64,000 nucleotides of DNA, from contig OZ024743.1 in NCBI GenBank assembly GCA_964016885.1, positions 164,734,001 to 164,798,000 of the forward strand. Reading direction: 5' to 3'. Both the position numbers and the translations under genes were made by a program. Positions 25,801 to 40,532 of this stretch are shown in pieces (positions within the stretch are counted from its first letter, which is position 1; every line of letters starts with the position of its first letter). Origin of the DNA: Eledone cirrhosa. Its lineage: Eukaryota. Below the pieces are notes generated by a model. It had not been told where the DNA came from. It did not search any database and worked only from the letters and a program-made list of their open reading frames with translations.

Positions 25801-26571
25801 GGAACGCTGCCGGTTCGAGATAAGCTCTACAGGCATGGAAGTGCCGTAATCCGAGCCTGTCCGAGATGTGCGCAGAGCGACGAAACCGTCGTGCACGCAC
25901 TCGTTCAGTGCCCGAGCATTGCTGATTTGTTGAGCTATGTCGAACAGTTGCTGTCGCGTGTAGGACTGATCCGGTTGTCGACTGAGTCCATTGTGCAGAT
26001 GGTCTCGCCGTCTTCCTTCGTGGAGGAAGGGCAGGCGGTTTTCATCTGCCTAGTGGCCATGGCGAAAGAGATTGTGTGGTGGACAAGGTTGAAAGGGTTA
26101 AAGACAGACACTTTCCTCTTCGGCGAATCCCAAATTAACTTTTTCAAGTTTCACTTGAAGAGGAAAATCAGGGTGGAGAGGCAAGTGCTGCCTTCTAGCA
26201 AGTTTGTTGAAAGGTGGGTGAATGTAGCGCGAATGGTCCGTGTGAACGGGACAGCTCTGAATATACGTCTGTAGGTTGAGAGATGGAAAAATTGAGAGAG
26301 GGAGCTTGCCATATGGTCAGGGGGGCCGTGGTCTTTCGTGTGGTTTTCGCCACGAGTAACCCTCGGAGGTTTCCCCCTATTGGAGAATTTTTCATTGTTT
26401 CAAATTTCATTTTTATTGTTTATATAAATGTTTCTGTCTTTTCTTTTCTTTTCTTATATAAATAATAAAAAATATTTACACGCACAACACCCACATCGTG
26501 CCGTCCTGTACCGTCCTGTGCCGTCTGTAATGTTTTTCTTGATGTCAGCCCTTGTGGCCAATAAAGAAATC
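22886..26571 (+). mobile_element. Tx1-like LINE copy E, ORF2 and 3' UTR only, frameshifted
   Basis: Homologous to ORF2 from about codon 4 onward. Ends aataaagaaatc followed by (ATT)7. Confidence 0.92.
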
Positions 26572-26592
26572 ATTATTATTATTATTATTATT

Positions 26593-29500
26593 GTTCTTAG
26601 AGTCTCAGTCATTGATGTTATTTAACCGGAAAGTTTGTTGAAATGAATATCAAGCCACTACCTGCAGCCTCAGATATTCAGGACGTATCGGAGGGTTCTT
26701 GCTGTTCCCATCAAGCATGCCTTTTGAAGCGTTCCAAAAAGCGTGGCGGGGCCAATTTTCTTTAACCATCCCTGGAAACTTATTGAGATAGTCCCCAGTG
26801 CGCCTATGACAATCGGGACCACTTTGACTTTATGGCAGTTCCAAATCCTTTTTACCTCCCACTTTAAGTCCTGGTATCGGTTAATTTTCTCCCTCTCCTT
26901 CTCTTGCACTCTCGTGTCGAATGGGCAGGCCACATCCACAATCAGGCACGATCTTTTTTCCTTGTCCAAAACCACCAGGTCAGGTCTATTGTGTTCCAGT
27001 TTCTTGTCCGTCTGTATCCTAAAATCCCATAGCACCTTCACCTGATCGTTTTCTATCACCGACTCCGGCTTATGCAGAATGTGGTAAATTGTTTACTTTG
27101 CATAGGTGCCAGTGGATCACCCTGCCATCACATCATGTCTCCAGCCCTTATAGTGAGTCTGGGCTAGGTGCTTACACTCGGATACAATGTGAGCCACAGT
27201 CTCCTCTCTCTCTCTCCACAGATCCTGCACAGTGGGCTAGCCTCCTCCTTGTAAATATGGTGTTTCAACCACCTCGTTTTTAGGTCCTGCTCTTGCGCAG
27301 CCATTAGCATTCCTTCTGTAGCCTTTTTAAGGTCTCCTCTTTTCAACCAGTTCCATGTCTGTGGATCTCTGAATTCAGTTATCTCAAAGCAGGTACTATG
27401 AAGGGATTTTTCATGAAGGCTGCTCTTTCTCCTTGTTGTTATTTCCTCCTTGGACATACCCTGGTCTATTGTCCTCTCCTTCAGTACAATTCTGAGCATT
27501 GGCTCCTTACTATCAGTCACGTATTTGTGTAGGTTGTTTTTCTCCATCTGAACACAGTCCTCTATGCTGATAAGACCTCTTCCACCTTCAGATCTCCTTA
27601 AGTAGAGTCTATCGACATCACTCCTCTTGTGGAACATGTTGTAGATAGTCAATAACTTCCTATCCATTTCTTTTTGTTCAGCAACATTCCATCTCAGAAT
27701 TCCCGCACTGTACCTAATAATAGACACAGCTCTGGAATTTACTGCACTTATGGCATTCCTACTGTTCAGATGTGACTTTAATACGCTCCTTACTCTCCGA
27801 ATGTATTCAGATCTTATCAATTCCTTCATTTTTTTGTTCTTGATGTCATCAGCCTCTAGAACACCCAAATACTTGTATCCTTCTTCAGTGTCAATTTCCT
27901 TTATCATCTCACCTGTTGGTACCTGGATTCCGTTGCTTCTGCTCAATTTACCCCTCTTCATCACAAGGACTCCACACTTACTAATACCAAATTGCATACA
28001 TATATCATTGCTGAAAATACGGACAGTGTCAACAAGCACATCCAACTCCTTCTCACTCTTCCCGAAGAGCTTAAGATCGTCCATGAAGAGGAGGTGATTG
28101 ATGGTAAACTCCCAACTTGTATCCTGCTCTCACTTTTCGCAGTATAATGGTCAGGGGCATCAGGGAAAGGACAAACAACAGAGGGGACATGCTATCTCCC
28201 TGGAAGATACCTCTCTTGATCGTCACGCCTCCCAAGGATTCTCCAGCTTATGTTAACTCTGTTTTCCAGGACTTCATACTTTTGCCCAACAACTGTCTGA
28301 TGTTATCTGCCACATTGAAGATCTCTAGGCTTTTGGTGATCCAAAAATGAGGCACCATGTCAAATGCCTTTTTGTAGTCTATCCATCCCATGGCAAGACC
28401 AGTGTGTCTCCTCTTACAATTCATCATTACCATCTTATCAATAAGAAACTGGTCCTTTGTACCACGGGACTTCTTTCGGCATCCTTTCTGTTCGTCCGGT
28501 AACAAGTTGTTTGTGTGGAGGTGATGGTAGATTTCCTCAGACATAATGCTTGTCAACAGTTTCTACATTACGGACAGACATGTGATAGGTCTATAGTTGG
28601 TAACATCATTACCCTTGATTCGGTCTTTCATTACCAGAACTGTGGTACCTTTTGTCAACCACTCTGGTACCTCACCTGACATCAAGCAGTCATTGAACAT
28701 GGTTGTCAGTTTCGGGTGGAGGGATGTTATATTTTTAATCCAATACCCCTGCACACTATCTGGGCCTGGTGATTTCCAGTTGGTTAGTTTTTTGGGCTGC
28801 CCCTTAAGAGTTTCAACTGTGATACTCAAATCAGTCTGTTGGTGTGCCTGTTCACAAATCTTCTTTTGTACTGTCTCAATCCACACTGCCTGGTCATTAT
28901 GTTTAACATCCTGTTCCCATATTCCTCTCCAGAATGTCTTAGTTTGCTCCGCCTCAGGGATCAAGTCGTTGCCTCTTTCTTTCCCCTCAAGCTCTCCAAA
29001 CAGCATCTTCTGGTTGTTGTCAAACACGCGGTTCTGTCTATACTGACTGACTCTGCTCTCGTATCGCCTAATTTTTGCACTCTTTGCTACAATGCGTTGC
29101 TTCAGTTCCTCTATGATAATATTTAGCTTTTTCACCCTAGTTTTGTACTTTATTTCCAGTCTATTTTTAGTGTCTATGTTTTTTAGCGTCCCATTCAGTA
29201 GGGACTCAAACTTTCCAATATCATTTCTCATTTCCCTGATTTGACCATTCAGTCGTTTCTTCCACCAAGGTTCTGATCTTTCTTGTTTGTTGTTTCCTCT
29301 CGCTTTTATGCCAAGTAATTTGCTTTGAGGATATTGTTGCACTGGTGAAGGTTCCTCGCCTCAAGGTATGGGATGACTTTGTTTACCTTAGCTGTTGTTT
29401 CTTTTAACTTTTTCCTGTCTACAAATCTTAGGTTCATAGGTTTCCCACTATCATTGTTCAATTCATCTACAACTAAGTTTAGGATATCAACCAAATCTTG

Positions 29501-30143
29501 TCCTAGCCCGTCAGCATTCATCTCCTCAATGGCCGTATCTCTGTTCCAGGTATTATTTATTTCAGCATTCAGATCATTGTCGGATGGGTCCTCCGTTCTC
29601 TCAACCTCTTCACCTTCATTTCCCACTGGCTCGTTTGCCTGGCATACTCCACTCTCCATTTCCAACCTAATCTCTCTGCTCAGTTCCTCCAGTTCCAGCT
29701 CCTTATCCACCCATTAATTTTTATTACCCGAGCCTGCCCGTCCAATTTTTGTTCATCTAATTTAAATAGACCAATCTCGTTCCAGATGTTATGCATCAGT
29801 TTCCTATAGCCTTTCTCCTTGGGGTTACTCTTCAGGTAACATTGCATAACAGTTCTATTCAATTCTTTCGTCCAGTTGGTTTTGGTCCCTTTCCTTCTTC
29901 TTCTTCCTCCGACACCAGCAGTATTTGGTTGACAGCCAGGTTCCTGCTGCTGAGCCAGGGAGCACCTGCTGGGTGAGAGGCTGTCACATGACATTCCTGT
30001 CTCCACTTCACCGTTATTCGAACTGTTTAGGTTCGACATTTAAACACTCTTATCGAGGATTGGTGAATATATGGTTACATAACCACCGGTGGTTTCATCA
30101 CCCCCGGTGATTTTAGTGTGGCACTATCACGCTGTAGACGAAC
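26593..30143 (-). mobile_element. R4/Dong-clade non-LTR retrotransposon, family 2, near full length, degenerate
   Basis: [73 protein letters not shown]. The 3' end abuts (ATT)n. Confidence 0.88.
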
Positions 30144-30431
30144 ATAAATAAACAAACAAACAAATAGGTAAAAAAAAAACCAAAAAAGAATAAGCATAAG
30201 TTTCATTGTAATGTAATGTTTGAATGTCTGACTTAGTATTTTTTTCCCCTTTTCCTTCTCTGTCTGTTTGTTTGTTTTTCTTTTCATTTTTCTTTTCTTT
30301 ACGTTTTTCGTTGTTGCTGTGCTGTTTTGATTTTGATTTTTGGTTTTTTGATTTTTTGACTGGGTCATCAAATCAGTCTATTTATATCTTTTGATGCCTT
30401 CCTCTTTTAGTGGGGACACTACGATGCATGT

Positions 30432-30570
30432 CTTAGCAGGAGGTAGTGGGAGAGAATAGCGGCGGTAGTGATAATGAGGCAGTGGTGGTGGTGCTTTGCT
30501 AGTAGTACTTAGCAGGAGGTAGTGGGAGAAAATAGCGGCGGTAGCGATAATGAGGCAGTGGTGGTGGTGA
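30432..30570 (+). repeat. Two-copy tandem repeat, period about 76 bp
   Basis: cttagcaggaggtagtgggaga...gcagtggtggtggtg occurs at 30432 and 30508. Confidence 0.85.
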
Positions 30571-30981
30571 TGTGATCGTAGTACTGTAGTGATGGTGTTG
30601 AAGTTGAAGTAGAAATAGAAGTTGAGGCAACTTGACTAGAGTTTTTGGCGTGGTAGTGGTGATGGTGGCGGTGGTGGTGTAGGTGGTGAAATTATTTGCT
30701 TGTCTGTCCACTTAGCCATTTAACTATTTAACCATTTTCCTCTTTTTCGTCTATAACATTTCTGATCCAAAATGAAATATTAAATATTGGGGCCCTATGC
30801 CGAAAAGTGATGCGTTATGGCTTGCTGAGCGTTAAAATGTAATCTTATATTTCATTTGTAATAAGAATTATTCTACACAGTTTTTTTAAATAAGTAAAAA
30901 TCAAAAACTTACGGGAGCGATTCCATAACGATATATATCCACCATGTGCGTTTTCTTCCCTTTATTATTATTATTATTATT

Positions 30982-33900
30982 GGCGACCTACGTAGTAAAT
31001 CGTATCATCGTGAGCTCCGCAAAGGTTTGTTATTTTCAGTTGTTTAAAATTGCCATTCATGGAAAATTTTTATTGTTAACTGTATATACATTGTTATCTG
31101 AAAAGGACACCCAAAAAGATTGGGGCCTTGAGCCCAAAATTTAAACTTTTATAATTATCAAACCAAAATTTTTCTTTGAAAAATCATGGATGACTCAGAG
31201 TCACTCCTTCCTCACAAACTAACACCTCACACCGACACCACCATTGTAAATATTAATACGTTTGCCAACAATAAAAATATAAGCAGTAGCAATATTTTAA
31301 ATTTGTCTCAGGCAGACATTCATTTCGCGCCATTACCAATGACTGCAGGTGTTAAAGCCGCCACCCCACCCCCACCGCGACAACAGAAACAAAAGAAAAA
31401 ATTAAATTAACTCGTGATATCGAAATGAATTCAACCAAAATGAACTCTTCCACACCGAACACCACTGACGCCGCCACCACCACAACTGAAACTAAAATTA
31501 ATAATAACAAAAATAACGATAACAACAACAGCAACGATGACATTAAGAAAACCACCCTGAGTTTTGCCAGAGTAGCAAAACAGTGCGAAGCATTTCAGGT
31601 AACTCAGGAGGAATTAGAAGAAGCCAAAAAAATGGTAAAGAAAGATGGGTACAGGATAAGCCCCCCCCCCCCCCCCACCTAATACAATGGACCATCGGCG
31701 CCTAAGCACCGTGTCTTATCGAACAATTAATATAAAATCGCGCCGAGTGGAACGGGCATCCGAGTCCCAACTCCAAAAAGCTTTGGGACATGTGTGGGCA
31801 AAAAAACCCCACATCAGACGTGGGCAGAAGTATGGAACCGTGGATGTGTTCTTTGAAACACCACAGGAGGCTAGAGAACACTCCATGGCCCTATTTAAGA
31901 AGTGACGACTTCACACTCGTCCCAAGCTATTGTGGCCAGAGACTCGTAAAGATCAGGGTCACCCACGTTCCACCGGCCATCAAAATTCCCTGGCTAATAG
32001 CTACCGGCATCGAAGCCAACACCAAGATAATCGAAATAGCGAAAGAAAAGCAGGAGAACTGGTCCGGATCTGGGATGGAGCTCCTGATCCAAGCGGACCA
32101 AAAAAGCTTTGAGGAGATCCCAGAGGTAATAGACCTCACTGACGGCAGCCACCTCACCGTAATTGTCGAGGGCAGAAGGCCTAGGTGTGTCGTTTGTGGT
32201 GAAGGAACCCACCTAAGGGCTTTCTGCCCTCAGACTAAAAGGTTGAGGCCACCTCTCCTACCCAGCCCAGTGACTCAACCATCAACACCACCAGTAGCAG
32301 AGATGGCAGCAACAACTGTAGCAGCAACAACAGAAGCAACTGTAACAGCAACAATCCCAGCAACAGTAGCAAAACCAACACCACCACCACCCAACGCGCC
32401 AGAACTAGCACCAGCGCCTACACCATCCACCACGCCACAACCAAAACTAACGCCTGTGGAGGATTTTCCACTCCCCGGCCTATCACAACTGGAGACAGAT
32501 TGTGACGACGAGGAGTGGGAAACGGTATCAGGAAAAAAGAAAAAAAGAAACCAAAAAAGAAAAAAATTCTCTTCCTTCCCCCTCCAAAAACAAAATACAG
32601 AGGGAAACAAATAAACTATCAAACAAAAAAGTTAGGACAGCTCTGCCACCATCCACACCAGCATCACCAATCCCATCACCACAAACACCAACACTATCAC
32701 CATCATTAACCACAACACCACCATCACCAACACCACAAAAGTCACCAAAAAGCGAAACAGAAATAAACCCACAACAAACGCAAAGAAAACAAAACAACCA
32801 AAACGATACACACTAACAGCAATAAATTTGAACAACAACCAATTATTACACTACATCCAACACAACACCAGCATCACAGAAAAAGACGACACAACAACCC
32901 AGAAGTTCACACCACCTCCACACATACAAATCACTCGCATCACACAGAAAACGTACACGACACTAAAACAAAAATTCCCCAAAGATATCGGCGACTTCCG
33001 ACAAGCACTCTCCAGGAGGATTTGTAGGGACATCCTTCCGGAGGAGGCCAGAAGCAGTGAAAGGGATGGAGAAACCATCCTTCCTCTACGAGAAGTAAGG
33101 TAAGTGGTCTTTCCCATCTTTTCCACTCCATTTCAACATGACCTCACTCAGAATAGGCAGCATAAATGCGCGTGGCTTGGGGTCGTCATGGAAGCAGGGC
33201 CACCTGCTCAACGACCTCAGGTCACTAAACATAGATGTAGTGGCCATCAGCGAGACCAGAATCTCCGAAGAACGGGCCTTCGCAACGATCTTCGGCGGCT
33301 ACGATGTGTACGCATCTCCCAGCCTTCCTGAATCGGAGGGAGGAATTGCTGTGCTTTTTCGGAGAGGTTTGGATCTCGCCATACGGGCCATCTTCCTGGA
33401 CCCAGAGGGTAAGTTGGTGGTGCTGGACGTGACCAGCGGAGACGGGCAATCTTTCAGGCTAGTGGCCCTCTATGCCCCGACAGGAGCAGGGCGGCCTGAT
33501 TTCTGCCGGCCTCTGGAGACCTTTCTTGGAACCTCCCGCTCTTTAGTGTTAGTGGGCGACTGGAACGTGATCTTAGATGCACGCTTGGACTGTGTGGGAT
33601 TAGCGGATAGGGGAGGAGGGTGCAAGAGTCTCACCAACCTGCTCAGGCGTTTTGAACTGTCTGACAGGTACCGATTGGATTTCCCGAATGTGCCAATGTG
33701 GACTTGGACAAATCGCATAGGGTCATCCAGATCATAACTAGATAGAGTATTTTGTAGGGAAATAGATAGGTCTAGCATAGGCTGTCCACAATTCAAGATA
33801 GTCAGTTACACGGACCACAAATTCGTGATATGTATGCTTGACTTAGATAGGCTTCATAGACGAGGACCCGGCTACTGGAAGCTAAACGCGTGCTTACCAG

Positions 33901-36805
33901 CGCGCAAGGCCTACAGAGACCGGATTAGCGAACTAGTTAAGCGGGCGTTGACGGGGGCCATCGTCAACAAGTGGTGGTTTGCTCTGAAAAGAGCAATTAG
34001 AATAGAGTCCATTAGGTTTAGTAAGGCTTTAGCAATAGAGAAAAATAGAGCAGAGGGAGAACTAGTTAGGAAATTAGTTGATGCGCTTAGCAAAGGCATC
34101 GCGACCGACGTACTTGCGGCGAAATTGGCCCTTGACCAATTCTTCAATGCAAAGCACGAAGGCTGCGTTGTCAGAGCTAGGGTGCGTGCTCTCAGACACG
34201 AGGGGACGAAAGCCGTTCAATGGGTCTGAGTGGCGGAGGCGCGTCGTGGCAACAAAGCCACGATCCGGTCTTTGGTGGACTACGACGGGCGCATGCTACT
34301 CGATCCCGGGAAAATGTGTGAAGCTTTTCAGCGACACTTCGCACAGCTGTTTGGGGGCAGCGGCGGGCCGGATCGAGGGATGGATTTTAGTGTCTACCTC
34401 GATGGACTGCCGCGGCTCTCGTCCACTGAGGCGGAGTGTTGCGAAAAGCCGATAACAGCCGCTGAAGTACGGGAGGCAATGACTGGCTGCACAAGGGGTA
34501 AATCGCCAGGTTTGGATGGTCTGCCCTATGAACTTTACGTACATATGCGAGACTTGTTCGGAGGCCTCTTGGCGGACGTCTACTGCAACTGGCAACAGAA
34601 CGAGAGAATTCCCAGCTCTGTGAGCCGAGCAGCTGTGGCGCTGCTGAGAAGGGATCAGAACAAGGGGGATAACATAGATAATTTTAGGCCCATAACCCTG
34701 CTAAACACAGAGTTCAAGATTTTGGCCAAGGTGCTAGCAAAGAGGTTGGCGCTTGTCGTTGGTGGTCTGGTGGGAGAGGCGCAGATATGCGACATTCGAG
34801 ACAGATCCATCCACGACAACCTCCACCTCATGCGATACATCGTAGAGAGGGTAGCTAGGGAACCTGGCACGGGTGGGTCCTTGATCAATTTAGATCAGTT
34901 GAAAGCTTTCGATAGGGTCTACCATCGTTACCTAGCGGCAGTCCTGAGGGCAGCTGGCTTTGGGCCCGTCTTCAGAGGCGGCATCGCTGCCATGCACAGC
35001 GACATCTGCTCTGTGGTGAGAGTGAACGGTTACCTTTCGGAACCGTTCAACATCATGCACTCGGTCCGCCAAGGATGTCAACTCTCGTCCCTCTTGTACG
35101 TATTGACTTTCGAGCCATTACTGCACAAACTGAAGACGTTAAGGGGGGTCCCGCGCGGACTAGGATGCGGAATATCCGTGTTAGCATATGCGGACGATGT
35201 CACCGTAGTGGTGTCGAACGCCAAACACATCGAGGTGATCGGCACTACACTAAGAGAATACGAAGCGGTGACAGGAGCAATGATCAACCAGGAAAAGTCA
35301 GTGGGCCTGCAGCTCGGCACCTGGAGAGGCAGATCCATGTCGTCCAACAGCGTCGTCGGGCGCTGGAGGGATGACCGGTTAAATTTCTAGGAGTCTGGTT
35401 CGGTCCGGACCTCCAGACGGACAAAACCTGGGACGAGGTGACGAGCAGGCTGGCTTTTCTCACCCAGAAATAGGCGGAGAGGAAGCTAACCCTGAAAGGT
35501 CGAGCGGAGGTGGCTAACGCGTACATCGCGTCCGTCATCTACTACCGCCTGACCGTCGTACCTTGTCCTAAGCTCCGCTTGACTGCGCTGGAGCGTTTGC
35601 TCTTTCGCTTTTTGTGGAAGGGACGCGCTCCGATGGTCAGGCGATCCATCTGCTGTCAACACCCGCTACTTGAAGGGATGGGCATGCCGTGGCTAATGAT
35701 ACGCAGACACGCGCTCAGGCTACGACATCTCCACCTCTTCCTCGACGGTGATCAGGTGTGGTCGCCGTTTGCTAGACGCGTCTTTCCCCAGCTCGTCTCC
35801 TTGACGGAGCTGCAGTCCTGGGTCAAGCGTAGACCAAGAGGGAAAGCTTGGAGACTGGAATGTCTTCAGGCGCTCACAGCCCTCGACCAATCGGGCAATG
35901 TGATCGGTGGAAACTCCACCTTGGCGTTCTATAGAGGATTAGTTGAGGGGAAGAGCGACGACGTACTTGGGGAAAATTTAGGCGTCGACGAAAATCAACT
36001 AGCCAATCTCTTCGGAAGAACTTTCGGGCCGGGGCCTATGGACAACTTCCAGAAATCCTTGGCCTGGCAGTGCTACCGAGGAGCTTTGCCAGTTCGAGAT
36101 AAACTCTACAGGCATGGAGGTGCCGTCAGCCGGGCATGTCCGAGAGGCGCGCAGGGCGACGAAACCGTCCTGCACGCACTCGTCCAGTGTCCGAGCATTG
36201 CTGACTTGTTGGTTTATGTCGAACACCTGCTGTCGCGTGTAGGACGGATCCAGCTATCAGCTGAGTCCATCGTGAGGATTGCCCCGCCATCTTCCTTTAG
36301 CCGGGAAGGGCAGGAAGTTTTTATCTGTCTGGTGGCCATGGCGAAAGAGATAGTATGGTGGACACGTTTGAAAGGGCTGAAGACGAGCACTTACCTCTTC
36401 GGTGATGCCCTGATTAACTTTTTCAAATTTCATTTGAAAAGGAAAATCAGGGTAGAGAGGGAAGTGCTCTCTTCCCAGCATTTTGTTGAAAGATGGGTGA
36501 GAGAGGCAAGAATGGCCCGAGTGAATGGGCCTACTCTGAGTATGTGTCTTAAAATTAAAGGTGGAAAACTGGGAGAGGGCACTTGCCCTGGTGGTCAGGA
36601 TCCCTGTGGCTTTTTAATGGGCTTTCTCCACGAATGTCCCTCGGAAGTCACCCCACTATTGGGGAATTTTTTCATTGTTATATTATTACATCCTCTGTTT
36701 TTTTGTTTTTTTACACGCAGAAATGCTCTTTTGTACCGTCCTGTATTGTCCTGTACTGTCCTGAATGTCTACTTTGTGTAAACCCTTATGGTTAATAAAA
36801 AAAGC
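30982..36805 (+). mobile_element. Tx1-like LINE copy F, full length, degenerate
   Basis: Follows (ATT)n. Its ORF1 is distinct and has CVVCGEGTHLRAFC. ORF2 from 33138 is close to copy C but has stops. Ends before (ATT)5. Confidence 0.92.
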
Positions 36806-36820
36806 ATTATTATTATTATT

Positions 36821-36997
36821 GTTCTTTGAGTCTCAGTCATTGATGTTATTTAACTGGAAAGTTTGTTGAAATGAATATCAAGCCACTACCTGCAGCCTCA
36901 GATATTCAGGACGTATCGGAGGGTTCTTGCTGTTCCCAGCAAGCATGCCTTTTGAAGCGTTCCAAAAAGCGTGGCGGGGCCAATTTTCTTTAACCAT
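36821..36997 (-). mobile_element. R4/Dong family 2, short 3' fragment
   Basis: Near-identical to 26593-26769 and flanked by (ATT)n on both sides. Confidence 0.9.
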
Positions 36998-37013
36998 ATT
37001 ATTATTATTATTA

Positions 37014-38659
37014 CAGCTGCATTTATCTTGCTTTATGTTCATACGAGTTATTACCAAGTCACAACCAGTGACCTCAAGAGACAACAAGGTCCGCCATGTT
37101 CAAGGAAGAACATACATACTCACACATGCATCTTCAGTGTTTAGACTTGTGATGTACTTATATTGACAGAATCTTCCTTAGTATATGGGCAGTTCCCATT
37201 AGTACTATCTTTTGTATTTCTCCTATACGCGGGTTTCCTGGGATCTGCGATAAGTAATCATTAGGTATCATTCCCAGAGCGCCTACAACCACTGGTATTG
37301 TTTTAGTTCTCAATTTCCACATTTTTCCAATTTCTATCTCCAGGTCCTTATACTTGCTCAATTTTTCAAATGTTTTTATAGATACATTCTTGTCTATTGG
37401 AACAGACATATCAATTAGCAGGCATACCCTCTTTTTAAAGTCCTTCAATATTATATCAGGTCTATTTGCATCTATTTTTCGGTCTGTTTGGATGCTAAAG
37501 TTCCACAAGATTGAGATGTGATCTTTTTCAAGTATGGGAGGTGGTTGATGCTCCCACCAATTCTTTTGATGGGGCAGGCCAAAATGCTTACACATTATCC
37601 AATGTATCTATTGTGCAGCTCTGTCATGCCTGTTTAGGTATTCGGTTGGAGCTATAGGACTGCACATTGAAATTATATGGTCAATGGTCTCTGGTTGTTT
37701 TTTACATACACGGCATAATGGGCTGCATCCATTTTTTATTATGTTGGCTTGGTAATTTTTTGTTGGCAGACACTGATCTTGTGCTGATATAATCAGTCCT
37801 TCAGTCTCCGATTTCAGTCCAGAGGATGCCAACCACTGATGGGTTAAAGTTTTGTCAACATCAGGATTGTTAGCTCGCTCTGGGTATTTTCCATACAGAG
37901 ACTTTTCTTGCCATTTCTTAGCCAGTTTCTGTAGCAGTTCTTTCTTTGCAGTTACTTTTACCTGCTTTGCTTTTTCTGTGTTTTCCATTTCAGCAGTAAA
38001 TGGGACTTCTGAAATTTGTAGTCCATTACTGTATCTGTGTGCATCTTTTGTAATGGCATATGATCTTTTGATGCTTTCGTGTTTCAAAACGAGTTTGATC
38101 ATCCAATCATGTGATTCCCTTAGATATGTAGATAATCTAATTGTTGCAGTTTTCAACGCAATGTCTAACTGGATTAACCCACGTCCTCCTTCTTTCCTAG
38201 GGAGATATATTCTATCTATATCTGCCCTAGGGTGATGCATTCTGTGCATGGTTAAGAATTTTCGAATTTTTGTATCGAGCCTACGGATCTCTGTGCTTGA
38301 CCAGTTGATGACATTGTAACTGTAGGTTACTACTGGTATGGCAAGCGTGTTTATGGCATCGATCCAATTCCTTGCATTCAATTCCGTTCTTAAGATTGCT
38401 CTTACTCTGCGGTAACATTCCTTCCTTATCCTTTCCCTCATTGTCGAGTGCTTGATTCCGTCTCCTTCACAAACACCTAGATATTTGTAAGTTTTTTCTT
38501 GCAAATAGTTTCAGGTCATCCATGTAGAACAAGTGATTAATGGTTTTGTCATAGACTTTATATCCATGTTTTGTTTCATTGAGCATTTTACTTAATGGTA
38601 TAAGTGCGATGCAGAATAAAAGCGGTGATAAAGAGTCACCCTGAAAAATTCCACAATTA
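37014..38659 (-). mobile_element. R4/Dong family 1, 5'-truncated copy
   Basis: Highly similar to 1911-3605. Contains CRVCKKQPETIDHIISMC and RPDII. Flanked by (ATT)n on both sides. Confidence 0.9.

Positions 38660-38720
<61 letters not shown>
38660..38720 (+). repeat. (ATT)n microsatellite
   Basis: Directly visible. Confidence 0.98.
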
Positions 38721-38721
<1 letters not shown>

Positions 38722-38852
38722 CGACCCAGTAAGGATGAAAGGCGAGGTTAACTTTGCCTTTCATCCTTGCGGGGTCGATAAAATAAAATACTAGTAATGG
38801 CACTGGCTAATTGCTGGCCTTGTAGAAACAATTATTATTATTATTATTATAT
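38719..38852 (+). mobile_element. Truncated SINE with a fold-back 5' end and (ATT)n tail
   Basis: Matches the SINE core at 63943-64000, preceded by an inverted copy of that core. Confidence 0.75.
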
Positions 38853-38993
38853 TAACTTTTAAAACTTTTAACCCTTAAACTTTTAACCTTTAAACCCTTA
38901 AATAACTTCTTTTTTTTAATGTTTAATTGCATCTTATCTATCTATTGTACCTAGTTGTTATTGATCTGGGAAAACCTATGACTGCATAATGCG

Positions 38994-40174
<1,181 letters not shown>

Positions 40175-40255
40175 CCGAAGAGATTGTTTTGTAAACAGAA
40201 GCAATCAAAAAGCTCTCAATAATCGCAGTTTTTAGAACCGATGGAGATTTTTTAT

Positions 40256-40393
40256 AAAAATAACAAAATAAGATGCTGAGGTTACATAAATCATTTAATC
40301 ATTATAATTATTTCCACGATTGCATGGAGAACCATAGAAATAATTATAATGATTAAACCATTTATGTAACCTCAGCATCTTATTTTGTTATTT
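40256..40393. repeat. Fold-back inverted repeat with arms of about 55 bp
   Basis: aaataacaaaataagatgctgaggttacataaat... is mirrored by ...atttatgtaacctcagcatcttattttgttattt. Confidence 0.9.
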
Positions 40394-40498
40394 ATATTTA
40401 TATATATATATATATATATATAGTAATAATAATAAAATTGAAGACTAAAATCCAAAGAGGGCTCGATAAGGAAAATATATATCAAATATATAAGAACC

Positions 40499-40529
<31 letters not shown>

Positions 40530-40532
<3 letters not shown>

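Noticed and set aside
6144-36481. Antisense and alternate-frame ORFs over the Tx1 copies
   Set aside because: They are shadows of GC-rich or trinucleotide-rich coding sequence with no domain motifs.
38853-38902. Telomere-like aaccctt repeats
   Set aside because: A short degenerate 8-9-mer run, not (CCCTAA)n, so it gives no evidence of a telomere.
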